Assembly: GCA_964609265.1 (NCBI GenBank)
Contig: CAZSQR010000001.1
Span: 1 to 60,335 of the forward strand
From: Candidatus Woesearchaeota archaeon
GTDB lineage: Archaea; Nanobdellota; Nanobdellia; Pacearchaeales; GW2011-AR1
DNA: 60,335 nucleotides
Direction: 5' to 3'
In this document: one piece after another, positions 7,628 through 16,741 of the stretch
How the letters are laid out: every line of letters begins with the position of its first letter
How positions within the stretch are numbered: the stretch's first letter is position 1
Notes under the pieces: model-generated
What the model saw: only the letters and a program-made list of their open reading frames with translations
Database searches by the model: none
Told to the model about the DNA's origin: nothing
Made by a program: the position numbers and the translations under genes

Positions 7628-9667
7628 ATGGACGAGCAAATTCAATCCGGAAAGGCAGGAAAGACAAAAAACGATGAGTTGATAATTGAAGCCAAGAACT
7701 TCTTTGATTTTCATAAAAAAGAAATTGGTGAATCTATCAGAAAAGGAAAAAATGTAATATATATTGATTTTGTAAAACTTACAGAATTCTCAAATAAGCT
7801 TGCAGAAGAATCTATAACAAACCCTGAAGAAACCATCAGAATTGTAGAACTTGCTCTTGAAGAAACAGGGCTTGTAACTGGTGTTCTTGTCAGGTTTATA
7901 AATTTCCCAAAAAGCCAGGAAATAAAAATAAGAAATATCCGTTCAAAGCATCTCAATGAAATGCTTGTTGTTGAGGGCATTGTTCGCCAGGCAAGTGATG
8001 TAAGACCTCAGGTTGTAAATGCAAAATTTGAGTGTCCTTCATGCGGCACAGTTATCTCTGTTCTCCAAATGGAAAAAAAATTCAGAGAGCCAGCGAGATG
8101 CTCTTGTGGCAGACGCGGGGGATTCAAACTTATAGGAAAAGAGATGGTTGATACCCAGAGACTTGTTGTTGAAGAATCTCCAGAATCCTTAACAGGCGGT
8201 GAACAACCAAAAAGAATGAATGCCTTCCTTAAAGAAGACCTTGTTGAGCCGAAAATGGAAGAAAAAACAACCCCTGGAAGCAGGGTTAAAATCATAGGAG
8301 TTCTAAAAGAAGTTCCTGTTCCACTTAATTCAGGAGGACTTTCCACAAGATTTGAGCTTGCTCTTGAAGTCAATAACATAATCCCTATGGAAGAAACTTT
8401 TGAAGAGCTTGATATTAATGAAGAAGATGAAAAACAAATTATTGAGCTGTCGCAGGATCCAAAAATTTTTGAAAAACTTACAAAAAGCATTATTCCAAGT
8501 GTATGGGGTTATAAAGAAATAAAACAAACTCTTGTGCTGCAGCTGTTTGGCGGAGTTAAAAAAATCCACGCTGACGGGCAAAGAAGCAGGGGGGATTTGC
8601 ATATACTTCTTATAGGAGACCCTGGTGTTGCAAAATCAGCAACTCTTAATTTTATGGCAGGTCTTTCCCCAAAAGGAAGATATGTAGTAGGAAAAAGCGC
8701 AACAGGCGCAGGACTGACAGCAACAGTTGTTCGTGATGAATACCTGCGTGGCTGGTCTCTGGAAGCAGGAGCCATGGTTCTTGCGAATAAAGGCCTTATC
8801 TGTATAGACGAGCTTGAAAAAATGGATCCTCAAGACAGAAGCGCAATGCACGAAGCAATGGAGCAGCAGACAATAACAATCAGCAAAGCAAGTGTTCAGG
8901 CAACTCTTAGGGCAGAAACATCTGTGTTGGCAGCTGCAAACCCCAAGTTCGGGAGATTTGACCCTTACCAGCCAATTGCCCAGCAAATTGACCTGCCACC
9001 AACCCTGATAAACAGGTTTGATGTTATTTTTCCATTAAGAGACCTGCCTGACAGAAAGAAAGACGAACTAATTGCATCCCATGTTCTTTATGCACACCAA
9101 AAATCAGGAAAAGAGATGCTTATTCCAAGAGAAATTTTCAGAAAGTATGTGGCTTATACAAAACAAAGAATAAATCCTGCTTTAAGTGATGAATCTGTTA
9201 ATGAAATCAAAAAATTTTATGTTGAACTGCGAAATATGCCTGTCTCTTCAGAAGGCTCAATCAGACCAATTCCAATCTCTGCACGACAACTACAGGCTTT
9301 AATTAGAATGTCTGAAGCTTCTGCAAGAATGAGACTTAGCAAAATCGTAACTGCAGAAGATTCAAGAAGAGCTATAGAAATAATGAAATATTATCTAACA
9401 CAGGTTGGCTATGACTATGAAACAAAAACTTTTGACATTGACCGTGGCACTGGCGGAATGCCTGCCTCACAGAGAAACAAAGTCTTCCTTGTAAGAGATA
9501 CAATAACAAACCTGGAAAGCAAATTAGGAAAAATGATTCCGATTGAAGAACTGGAAAAAGAACTTGAAGGAAAATTAACATCTGATGAAATCGACGAAGC
9601 AATAACAAAACTTGACATAAGCGGCGTGATATTTAAACCTAAAAAAGGATATATTGCCAAGACTTAA
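7628..9667 (+). CDS. mcm: MCM replicative helicase
   Basis: Zn motif CPSCG...CSCG, Walker A LLIGDPGVAKS, Walker B CIDELEKM, arginine finger region SRFD-like NRFDVIF, and a C-terminal winged helix. The ORF track starts at GTG 7622. Confidence 0.92.
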   Translation: MDEQIQSGKAGKTKNDELIIEAKNFFDFHKKEIGESIRKGKNVIYIDFVKLTEFSNKLAEESITNPEETIRIVELALEETGLVTGVLVRFINFPKSQEIKIRNIRSKHLNEMLVVEGIVRQASDVRPQVVNAKFECPSCGTVISVLQMEKKFREPARCSCGRRGGFKLIGKEMVDTQRLVVEESPESLTGGEQPKRMNAFLKEDLVEPKMEEKTTPGSRVKIIGVLKEVPVPLNSGGLSTRFELALEVNNIIPMEETFEELDINEEDEKQIIELSQDPKIFEKLTKSIIPSVWGYKEIKQTLVLQLFGGVKKIHADGQRSRGDLHILLIGDPGVAKSATLNFMAGLSPKGRYVVGKSATGAGLTATVVRDEYLRGWSLEAGAMVLANKGLICIDELEKMDPQDRSAMHEAMEQQTITISKASVQATLRAETSVLAAANPKFGRFDPYQPIAQQIDLPPTLINRFDVIFPLRDLPDRKKDELIASHVLYAHQKSGKEMLIPREIFRKYVAYTKQRINPALSDESVNEIKKFYVELRNMPVSSEGSIRPIPISARQLQALIRMSEASARMRLSKIVTAEDSRRAIEIMKYYLTQVGYDYETKTFDIDRGTGGMPASQRNKVFLVRDTITNLESKLGKMIPIEELEKELEGKLTSDEIDEAITKLDISGVIFKPKKGYIAKT

Positions 9668-9682
9668 ATTTTAATCATTAAA

Positions 9683-10366
9683 ATGGTTCAGGAACAACAA
9701 TTCAAAAGAAACACAGCTTACAAGTTGCGAATAGGTAATATTCTGATAGGCAAGCCTGTAATGAATTCTGTTTCAGGCACAGAAAGATTTTCTTTTCTTG
9801 AGCTTGGAAATAAAAAAATTGTCAGGGTAAATATCATAGGAAACATAGTTGACAAGTATGAAAGCAGAGGAGCAAGCGAAACTGGTGCGTCTGGCAATGA
9901 AGACAAACCAAGGAAATATGTTTTTTTCACACTTGATGATGGCTCAGGGCAGATAAGACTGAAAGTATTTGGAGATTATTATGAAAAATTCAAGGACTTT
10001 TACCAGGGACAGACAGTAGTTGTAATCGGAACCTTAAGAAACTGGAATGATGAAACATATATCTCTCCTGAAATTGTCAAAGAAACAAACCCAAAATATC
10101 TTCTTTTGAGAAAGCTTGAAACAGAAAAAGAAAAGGCTCTGACATTTGACGCATCATCAATTAAAAAAGAACAGGTTATGGCAATAAAAGACAAAATCCT
10201 TGAACTTATAAAATCCTCTGAAAGTGAAGGAGGAATTGAAACAGAAGATATCACGCAAAAATTTGTAGAAGTTTCACCTGCCCTAATTCAGCAGGAAATT
10301 CAGAAGCTTCTTGAAGAAGGAATTGCTTTTGAACCACGACCTGGTAAAATAAGATATTTAGGGTGA
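9683..10366 (+). CDS. OB-fold protein with C-terminal winged helix (RPA32/Stn1-like architecture)
   Basis: VRVNIIGNIVDKYE...YVFFTLDDGSGQIRLKVFGDY...QTVVVIGTLRNWNDETYISPE is the RPA2/Stn1-type OB pattern. The C-terminal ILELIKSSESEGGIETEDI...LLEEGIAFEPRPGKIRYL looks like a wHTH. Confidence 0.55.
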   Translation: MVQEQQFKRNTAYKLRIGNILIGKPVMNSVSGTERFSFLELGNKKIVRVNIIGNIVDKYESRGASETGASGNEDKPRKYVFFTLDDGSGQIRLKVFGDYYEKFKDFYQGQTVVVIGTLRNWNDETYISPEIVKETNPKYLLLRKLETEKEKALTFDASSIKKEQVMAIKDKILELIKSSESEGGIETEDITQKFVEVSPALIQQEIQKLLEEGIAFEPRPGKIRYLG

Positions 10367-10403
10367 TTATCTTTCCTTTTATCAACAAATTTATATTAAA
10401 AAA

Positions 10404-10910
10404 CTATTTTTTCTTTTTATTAAACCAATATGCCAGCCAAATAACCGCAATCAATCCAACTAAAGACAAAAGAAATTTCAACAAATTACTTCCGTACCTC
10501 CAATAACCGCCAACGCCCCATAAAAGAACACCAATTCCTCCTCCAGCCAAACCAGCACCAACTGTCTCAAGACCAAAGAAAGCAATTCCAGCAATAATCA
10601 AAACAATTCCCAAAGGAAGTGTAATTAAAAATATATTTCTTGAATATATTTCTTGTGCGTCATCATATTCTTCATAACAATCTTTATCAGCGTCACAGTA
10701 TCCAACTGGTTCAATCTCTGATTCACCTGATTTGCCCTCATACCAGACACCGCCAGCATTTATACATGCTGTTTCAGTTTTTATCTGATAAACATCAGGA
10801 CAAAAATCACTGTATTCTGGTCTTTCGTAAAACATTTCTATTCCATATATAACAACAAAAATAGTCAGGACAACTATTGCAATACCTATTACTACATTTT
10901 TTACTGACAT
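10404..10910 (-). CDS. Membrane protein with Cys-rich acidic extracellular loop
   Basis: ORF track extends to 10952, but a TATA-like box (plus 10931-10940, acttataaat) lies about 25 nt upstream of the internal ATG at 10910 (MSVKNVV...). One N-terminal TM and 2-3 C-terminal TMs. Loop has CPDVY...CINAGG...CDADKDC. Confidence 0.5.
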   Translation of the reverse strand: MSVKNVVIGIAIVVLTIFVVIYGIEMFYERPEYSDFCPDVYQIKTETACINAGGVWYEGKSGESEIEPVGYCDADKDCYEEYDDAQEIYSRNIFLITLPLGIVLIIAGIAFFGLETVGAGLAGGGIGVLLWGVGGYWRYGSNLLKFLLSLVGLIAVIWLAYWFNKKKK

Positions 10911-11009
10911 AACATAATTAGTAATGAAATACTTATAAATTCTTCCAATCAAAAAGTTTTCCCAAGTTCTTTTCTAAAGACTTAAAAACCAATCCTCTCT
11001 CGTTAATCT

Positions 11010-11411
11010 ATGACATATGAACAACTTTTAGAACAGGCATATAAGAAAGTAAAACAGACAGGTGTCTCTGGCAAAAGATTTGAAATTCCAAAAATAGAGG
11101 GATATTTTGAAGGGAAAAAAACAATCCTTACAAATTTTTATCAAATAGCTTCTTATTTAAGGAGAGACCCTGCACATTTCCAAAAATTTATACTAAAAGA
11201 ACTTGCAGCTTCAGGCCAAAGAGAAGGTGACAGGCTTGTTTTGAATATAAAAGTTCCAAGCACAAAAATAAATCAGAAGGTAGAGAATTATGTTAAGGAA
11301 TTTGTCCTGTGCAGGGAATGCAAAAAACCAGACACAGAAATAATAAAACAAGGCAGAATAAATTTTATCCACTGCTTGGCTTGCGGAGCCAAACATCCAA
11401 TTTCAAAATAA
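11010..11411 (+). CDS. eif2b: Translation initiation factor aIF-2 beta subunit
   Basis: eIF2beta/eIF5-type: TILTNFYQIASYLRRDPAHFQKFILKELA... and C4 ribbon CRECKKPDT...CLACG. Confidence 0.85.
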   Translation: MTYEQLLEQAYKKVKQTGVSGKRFEIPKIEGYFEGKKTILTNFYQIASYLRRDPAHFQKFILKELAASGQREGDRLVLNIKVPSTKINQKVENYVKEFVLCRECKKPDTEIIKQGRINFIHCLACGAKHPISK

Positions 11412-11462
11412 ATAAAAAATCCTAACAAGAAGCCTTAAAAACTCAAAATTCTTTTAAAAAAA

Positions 11463-11654
11463 ATGGTAAGTGGATATTGTGTAAAGTGCAGGGAAAAAGG
11501 GAGAGAAATGACAAATCCTGAAATAGCGCAAACCAAAAGAGGAGGATACATGGCAAAAGGAAATTGTTCTGTTTGTGGAACAAGAATGAGTGCTATGTTA
11601 TCTAAAGAAAATGCTGAAAAAGCGATAAAAGAAGGCGCTAAAAAATCTTTTTAA
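11463..11654 (+). CDS. Small zinc-ribbon protein (DUF5679-like)
   Basis: CVKCREKGREM...TKRGGYMAKGNCSVCGTRMS, with two CxxC pairs in the DUF5679 arrangement. Confidence 0.55.
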   Translation: MVSGYCVKCREKGREMTNPEIAQTKRGGYMAKGNCSVCGTRMSAMLSKENAEKAIKEGAKKSF

Positions 11655-11711
11655 TTATAAATGCAAAAACTTTTGGGATTTTCATATTTGTAAATAAAGA
11701 GTTATAATAAG

Positions 11712-12020
11712 ATGTTTGTAAATATAATTAAATCATATAGGGACATTGTAGCTATCTGTGACAAAGAGCTTCTTGGGAAAAAATTTGAGGAGCCTTTTGA
11801 AGGGGGTGTGAAACAGCTTGACGTAAAAGAAAACTTTTACAAGGGAGAAAAATCTGATAAAACCAATGTCAAAAAGATAATTAAAAGGATGGCAGGAGAA
11901 GATGCCACTTTCAATATTGTTGGAAAAAACTCTGTGTCTATTGCTCTTGAAGAAGGGATTATTTCTGAAGATGAGATAAATAAAGTCAAAGAAATTCCTT
12001 TTGCACTTGTGCTCCTTTAA
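11712..12020 (+). CDS. DUF424 family protein
   Basis: IVAICDKELLGKKFEE...LDVKENFYKGE is the typical DUF424 N-terminus. Conserved archaeal neighbourhood with aIF genes. Confidence 0.6.
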   Translation: MFVNIIKSYRDIVAICDKELLGKKFEEPFEGGVKQLDVKENFYKGEKSDKTNVKKIIKRMAGEDATFNIVGKNSVSIALEEGIISEDEINKVKEIPFALVLL

Positions 12021-12061
12021 TAATCATCAAATTTTATAAACTAATTATTTGTAGTATTCTT

Positions 12062-12394
12062 ATGAACAGATACAAAAAAAAGCGAAAAAACCAGGGAACT
12101 GAAGAAAAGATTACCAGAGTAAAACTTCCAAGAAATGGCGAAGTTCTGGGAATCGTGGAACAAAGGCTTGGAGGAAACAAGATGTTTGTGAACTGCTTTG
12201 ACGGAAAAAAGCGAAACTGCAGAGTTCCCGGCAGGCTCAGAAGAGCTCTCTGGCTTCGCCCAGGAGATGTTGTAATCATAGAACTCTGGGAGCTTGATAA
12301 AGAAAAGGGAGATGTTATTTTCAAATACAGAACAAATCAGGTAGAATGGCTAAAAAGAAACGGATATCTAAAAACCGAAGGGGTTGAGTTTTAA
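12062..12394 (+). CDS. eif1a: Translation initiation factor aIF-1A
   Basis: RVKLPRNGEVLGIVEQRLGGNKMFVNCFDGKKRNCRVPGRLRRALWLRPGDVVIIELWE is an S1-like OB of the eIF1A family. Confidence 0.9.
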   Translation: MNRYKKKRKNQGTEEKITRVKLPRNGEVLGIVEQRLGGNKMFVNCFDGKKRNCRVPGRLRRALWLRPGDVVIIELWELDKEKGDVIFKYRTNQVEWLKRNGYLKTEGVEF

Positions 12395-12453
12395 ATCTTA
12401 TCTTTGAGCCTTTTGCCCAACTTTCTTAATAATTTATTCTGGCTAAATCCAAA

Positions 12454-12463
12454 AACTTATAAC
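12454..12463 (+). promoter_or_regulatory. TATA-like box upstream of KH-domain gene
   Basis: aacttataac, centred 26 nt upstream of ATG 12485. Confidence 0.5.
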
Positions 12464-12484
12464 ACCTGACTGATTGATTAAAAA

Positions 12485-13015
12485 ATGCTGAAACTAATTG
12501 TAGAAAAACTGCCAAGAATAACAAAAAACAGAAAAAAACTGGAAAAAATCCTCAGTGTAAAAATTACAAATAGAGGGAAAGAAGTTTTCATCAATGGAAA
12601 TCCTAAAGACGAGTATACTGCAGAAAAAGTCATTGAAGCACTGGATTTTGGGTTTCCGTTTTCTGTGGTCCTGATAATTAAAGAGCAAGATTATATACTT
12701 GAGGTAATAAACATAAAAGATTATACGCATAAGAGAGATATGGAAAGGATAAGGGCAAGACTTATTGGAAAAAAAGGCAAAACATTGAAAACATTTGAGG
12801 AACTCACAAAATGCTTCTTTGAGCTAAAAGGTAATCAGGTAGGAATCATAGGAGACCCTGAATACATAAAAAACGCGCAGGACGCAGTTGTCTCAATTAT
12901 AAGAGGTTCAAAACAGGCGAATGTTTACAGCCACCTTGAGAAGCATCAGGTAAAGCCTATTTATGATCTTGGCCTTAGAGATAAGGATGAAGAAAAAAAG
13001 TTTGGAAAAATTTAG
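12485..13015 (+). CDS. KH-domain RNA-binding protein (Dim2/Pno1-like)
   Basis: Two KH-like units. GxxG-type motif LIGKKGKTLKTFEELT. Confidence 0.7.
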   Translation: MLKLIVEKLPRITKNRKKLEKILSVKITNRGKEVFINGNPKDEYTAEKVIEALDFGFPFSVVLIIKEQDYILEVINIKDYTHKRDMERIRARLIGKKGKTLKTFEELTKCFFELKGNQVGIIGDPEYIKNAQDAVVSIIRGSKQANVYSHLEKHQVKPIYDLGLRDKDEEKKFGKI

Positions 13016-13061
13016 GCTCGTTGATTTTTCTCTTTTTATAGTTCTTAAAATTCAAGAAAAC

Positions 13062-13071
13062 CTTTAAATAT
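13062..13071 (+). promoter_or_regulatory. TATA-like box upstream of tRNA-Asn
   Basis: ctttaaatat, centred about 27 nt upstream of tRNA 5' end 13094. Confidence 0.5.
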
Positions 13072-13093
13072 GAATCAAAATTCAGAACATTAA

Positions 13094-13167
13094 GTCCCGG
13101 TAGCTCAGTTGGTTAGAGCGAACGGCTGTTAACCGTTAGGTCGGAGGTTCAAGTCCTCCCCGGGACG
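13094..13167 (+). tRNA. tRNA-Asn (anticodon GUU)
   Basis: Acceptor gtcccgg/ccgggac, D arm gctc-agttggtta-gagc, anticodon stem acggc/gccgt-like with loop tGTTaac, T arm ggagg-ttcaagt-cctcc. Confidence 0.9.
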
Positions 13168-13201
13168 TTTTCTTTTTAAACTACAATTAACAAATAACAT
13201 T

Positions 13202-14329
13202 ATGAAAAAACAAAAAGTTTTAGTCGCGATGTCAGGGGGCGTTGATTCAAGCGTAGCAGCGTTTTTAATTAAAAATGCAGGCTACAAAGTGGTAGGCGCT
13301 TTTATGAAAAACTGGTCTGGAACAAAAAATGAATTAGGAGAATGCTCATGGAAAGAGGACAGAAAGGAAGCGATAAAAATTGCCGCTATTCTTAACATCC
13401 CTTTGATAACACTTGACTTTGAAAGACAATACAAAAAACTTGTTGTCGATGAAATGTTCAGACTTTACAGAAAGGGGGTTACTCCTAATCCAGACATAAA
13501 TTGCAATCAAAAAATAAAATTCCCGTTGCTTTGGAAGGCTGCAAGAAAACTTGGTGCTGACTTTATAGCCACAGGACACCACGCAGGAAAAAAATACAAC
13601 AAAAAAACAAAAAAGCAGGAACTTTGCAGAGGAAAAGATGAGTCAAAAGACCAGAGTTATTTTCTTTACAGATTAAGCCAAGATGACCTCAAACACAGTT
13701 TATTCCCTGTTGGCAAATATACAAAAAAACAAATCAGGAAAATTGCAAAAGAAAATGATTTTCCAAACTTCAACAGGAAAGGAACAGTTGGCATTTGTTT
13801 TATAGGAAAAGTTAACTTAAAAAATTTCTTGCAAAAAAAGATAAATCCAAAGCCTGGAAAAATCCTGGACCCAGAAGGAAATATAATCGGCCGACATGAT
13901 GGAATTTATTATTACACTATCGGTCAAAGGCTAGGGCCAAGATTTGGCATTGAAATTTCAAAAAAAAGTGATGATAGCAAAAAATTAAAAAGATGGTATG
14001 TGGCTCGTAAAAGTCTAAAGAAAAATGAAATTATTGCAGCTCCTGAAGGACATGAAATCCTCTACAGAAAAAAAATAATAATCAAAAATCCCCACTGGAT
14101 TTCTGAGACTCCAGACAGGAATAAAACACACAAGGTTCACGCAAGAATACGGCAGGTAGGAGAACTTCTTCCAAGCACCTTGTCTTACAACAAAAAGAGG
14201 AAGCAGTTTAAAGTTGAGATTAACAAAGGAAAAAAAGGAATAACAGGTGTTTCAGAAGGCCAGGCAGTTGTTCTTTACCAGCCCAGAAGCAAAAAAGTCC
14301 TCGGTGGGGGAGTTATCGGATTTGAATAA
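13202..14329 (+). CDS. mnmA: tRNA-specific 2-thiouridylase MnmA (bacterial type)
   Basis: PP-loop VLVAMSGGVDSSVAA, plus NPDINCN, ATGHHA, KDQSYFLY and GICFIG motifs. Confidence 0.88.
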   Translation: MKKQKVLVAMSGGVDSSVAAFLIKNAGYKVVGAFMKNWSGTKNELGECSWKEDRKEAIKIAAILNIPLITLDFERQYKKLVVDEMFRLYRKGVTPNPDINCNQKIKFPLLWKAARKLGADFIATGHHAGKKYNKKTKKQELCRGKDESKDQSYFLYRLSQDDLKHSLFPVGKYTKKQIRKIAKENDFPNFNRKGTVGICFIGKVNLKNFLQKKINPKPGKILDPEGNIIGRHDGIYYYTIGQRLGPRFGIEISKKSDDSKKLKRWYVARKSLKKNEIIAAPEGHEILYRKKIIIKNPHWISETPDRNKTHKVHARIRQVGELLPSTLSYNKKRKQFKVEINKGKKGITGVSEGQAVVLYQPRSKKVLGGGVIGFE

Positions 14330-14361
14330 TTTCAGAGCACTAACAATTCATAATTTAATTA

Positions 14362-14372
14362 ATTTTATAAAC
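14362..14372 (+). promoter_or_regulatory. TATA-like box upstream of nitroreductase gene
   Basis: attttataaac, centred 26 nt upstream of ATG 14393. Confidence 0.5.
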
Positions 14373-14392
14373 ATCCCCCCCTATTTGAGATT

Positions 14393-14950
14393 ATGGAATT
14401 AGACAAAGCAATTAAATCAAGGCACAGCGTAAGAAAGTTCAGTTCTAAAAAACCTGACTGGCGTGATATCATTGAAGCAATTGACGCTACAAGATATTCT
14501 CCTATGGCAGGAGGAAACTATACTGTGAAATTTATTCTTATAGACAATCCTAGAAGCATAAAAAGAATTAAAGAAGCATGCCAGCAGGATTTCGTCGAGC
14601 GGGCACATTATATTGTCGTTGCCTGTTCAAGCCCTTCAAGAACAATTAACGCCTATGGAGAAAAAGGAAAAACCTACGCAAAACAACAAGCAGGAGCTGC
14701 AATCCAGAACTTTTTTTTGAAAATAACAGAATCAGGACTTGCAACATGCTGGGTTGGTCACTTTGTTGAAGACCAGATTAAAAGCGCACTAAAAATTCCT
14801 GAAGAAATAAATGTTGAGGCTGTTCTCCCTGTAGGATTTGAATATAAAAAAAAGAAGTTACTGAAAGCAAAAACAGACCTTGATAATATTCTTTACTTTA
14901 ACGAATGGAAGCAGAAAAGAATGAAAAAGCTAAAAAAAGTGTATGCTTAA
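14393..14950 (+). CDS. Nitroreductase-family protein
   Basis: AIKSRHSVRKFSSKKP...TRYSPMAGGNY...QQAGAAIQNFFL...GLATCWVG is the typical nitroreductase fold signature. Confidence 0.75.
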   Translation: MELDKAIKSRHSVRKFSSKKPDWRDIIEAIDATRYSPMAGGNYTVKFILIDNPRSIKRIKEACQQDFVERAHYIVVACSSPSRTINAYGEKGKTYAKQQAGAAIQNFFLKITESGLATCWVGHFVEDQIKSALKIPEEINVEAVLPVGFEYKKKKLLKAKTDLDNILYFNEWKQKRMKKLKKVYA

Positions 14951-14954
14951 TGAT

Positions 14955-15299
14955 TCAAATTTTTTCAAGTCTTCTATTAATCTCTACTCTTGACCTTGTA
15001 TCTAAAGGCAATCCATTATAACCAGTTCTATAAAAGTATTCTTCCATTTCTTTTTCAGAAAAATAATTTGTTCTTTCTTTTTGGGGTTTTTTCAGAACCT
15101 TATTAATATTTCTTCTTAAAATTCTATCTTTAATGTTAAAAGAAACCTCTTCTCCAGACTCTTCAAGACTTATTTTATTCTGATTTTGGATATAAAATTC
15201 TAGTGAAATATTGTGGATTTTTAGCTTCTTAAGAATATCAATTGAAAACCCTACATCTCCCTCAATAATCTGTTCCAACTCTTTAGATAACCTAGACAT
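14955..15299 (-). CDS. Hypothetical protein (114 aa) immediately downstream of ftsZ
   Basis: Clean ORF on the same strand as ftsZ. No motif recognised. Confidence 0.4.
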   Translation of the reverse strand: MSRLSKELEQIIEGDVGFSIDILKKLKIHNISLEFYIQNQNKISLEESGEEVSFNIKDRILRRNINKVLKKPQKERTNYFSEKEMEEYFYRTGYNGLPLDTRSRVEINRRLEKI

Positions 15300-15398
15300 G
15301 CCTCAAATAAGCAGAACACTTATTTAAAGATTGTTATAAAAAAATAAAAAAATAAAAAAACCTGAGGAAAAAATCCTCAGGAAAAATTAAACAGCTGT

Positions 15399-16475
15399 TT
15401 ATCTCCAGACTTCTATACCCAAATCAGATACTTCTTTAGAAGCATATGCCTTTTGTTCAGGCTCTTTTCCAAGCAGGTAAGGGCTCTTAACGCCAGTCAT
15501 AATTGTAATGACACGGACTTTTCCCTGGAAATCCTTACTGATTCTAGCTCCAATAATCACATTTGCTTCTGGTCCAAGGTTTTCTGAAACAATTCTTCCA
15601 ATGTTGTCAAACTCTTCAAGCTTCAAATCAGGACCACAGGTCACGTGTATCAAGGCTCCGGTAGCACCCTTATAATCCACGTCAAGTAGGGGATGTGTAA
15701 GAGCTTGCTTAACAGACTGATTAACACGTTCTGAGGAGTCATCTTCACCAATACCAATAACTGAAATTCCGCCATCTTTCATGACTGCAGAGACGTCAGC
15801 ATAATCAAGATTGATTAAACTAGGCAGTGTAATTGTCTCAACAATACCTTTTATCATCGTTGAAACAAGCTCGTTTGCAACAGCAAAAGCCTGCTCAATT
15901 GGTAATTGTCCTGCAATGTCCACAAGCCTGTTGTTATCAAGAACAACACACGTATCTGTAACCTCTCTCAATTCCTGCAAACCAAATTCTGCCTTGTCAA
16001 TTCTTGCTTTTTCAGATTCAAAAGGCATTGTAACAACACCAATAACAACTGCTCCTGTCTCTTTAGCAAGCTGAGCAATAACTGGTGCTGCGCCTGTTCC
16101 TGATCCGCCACCAAGTCCTGCCAAAACATATACCATGTCTGCACCTGATACAGCTTTTTTCAGGTCTGACAAAGCTTCTTTCGCAGCTTCTCTACCTATA
16201 CTTGGCTTTCCTCCTGCTCCTAAACCACGGGTAAGTTCCTTACCAATAAGAAGCTTTTCATCTGCTTTTGAAACACTCAAGTGCAGTGCGTCTGTGTTCA
16301 TTGCATAGATAGTAGCTCCGTTAATGCTCTTGTTGTAAAGCCATGTCACTGCGTTACAACCCATACCGCCGACACCAATAACCTTAATGTTAGCTTTCCC
16401 AGCTTTCAACTCATCAAAGTTAATACTGTGGGTTTCTGAGTTCTGGATTGCTTCCTTAGCAAAATCTAATACCAT
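15399..16475 (-). CDS. ftsZ: Cell division GTPase FtsZ
   Basis: IKVIGVGGMGCNAV, tubulin signature GLGGGSGTGAAPVIA, T7 loop INLDYADV. GGAGG Shine-Dalgarno (plus 16481-16485) lies upstream of the ATG. Confidence 0.95.
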   Translation of the reverse strand: MVLDFAKEAIQNSETHSINFDELKAGKANIKVIGVGGMGCNAVTWLYNKSINGATIYAMNTDALHLSVSKADEKLLIGKELTRGLGAGGKPSIGREAAKEALSDLKKAVSGADMVYVLAGLGGGSGTGAAPVIAQLAKETGAVVIGVVTMPFESEKARIDKAEFGLQELREVTDTCVVLDNNRLVDIAGQLPIEQAFAVANELVSTMIKGIVETITLPSLINLDYADVSAVMKDGGISVIGIGEDDSSERVNQSVKQALTHPLLDVDYKGATGALIHVTCGPDLKLEEFDNIGRIVSENLGPEANVIIGARISKDFQGKVRVITIMTGVKSPYLLGKEPEQKAYASKEVSDLGIEVWR

Positions 16476-16741
16476 TTTTACCTCCTTTCATCTTTTCTTC
16501 ACGGAAATTTAATTCCGTGCTTTTTTAACAAGTCAGAAGGCTATCAATCCATCATTTTTCGCCGAAAAGCTTAAATAGTTGACAAACTTCCAACTGATAA
16601 CAAAGAATTCACCTATTAAATTACTCGACCCCCATCGAATAAATTAATATTATAAAAAAGTAAATATCTGTTTCTTTAAAAATATTTCTATGTTCCATTT
16701 TGTAGAGTTATCAGGTGGTAGAAATCAATAAAAAATAAAAA

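Noticed and set aside
7711-9660. Series of 78-160 aa minus-strand ORFs inside mcm (7711-7980, 8008-8490, 8330-8602, 8509-8775, 8636-8986, 9372-9608, 9415-9660)
   Set aside because: All are fully nested antisense to a strongly supported MCM gene. Their composition is Ser/Phe/Leu-rich and typical of shadow frames.
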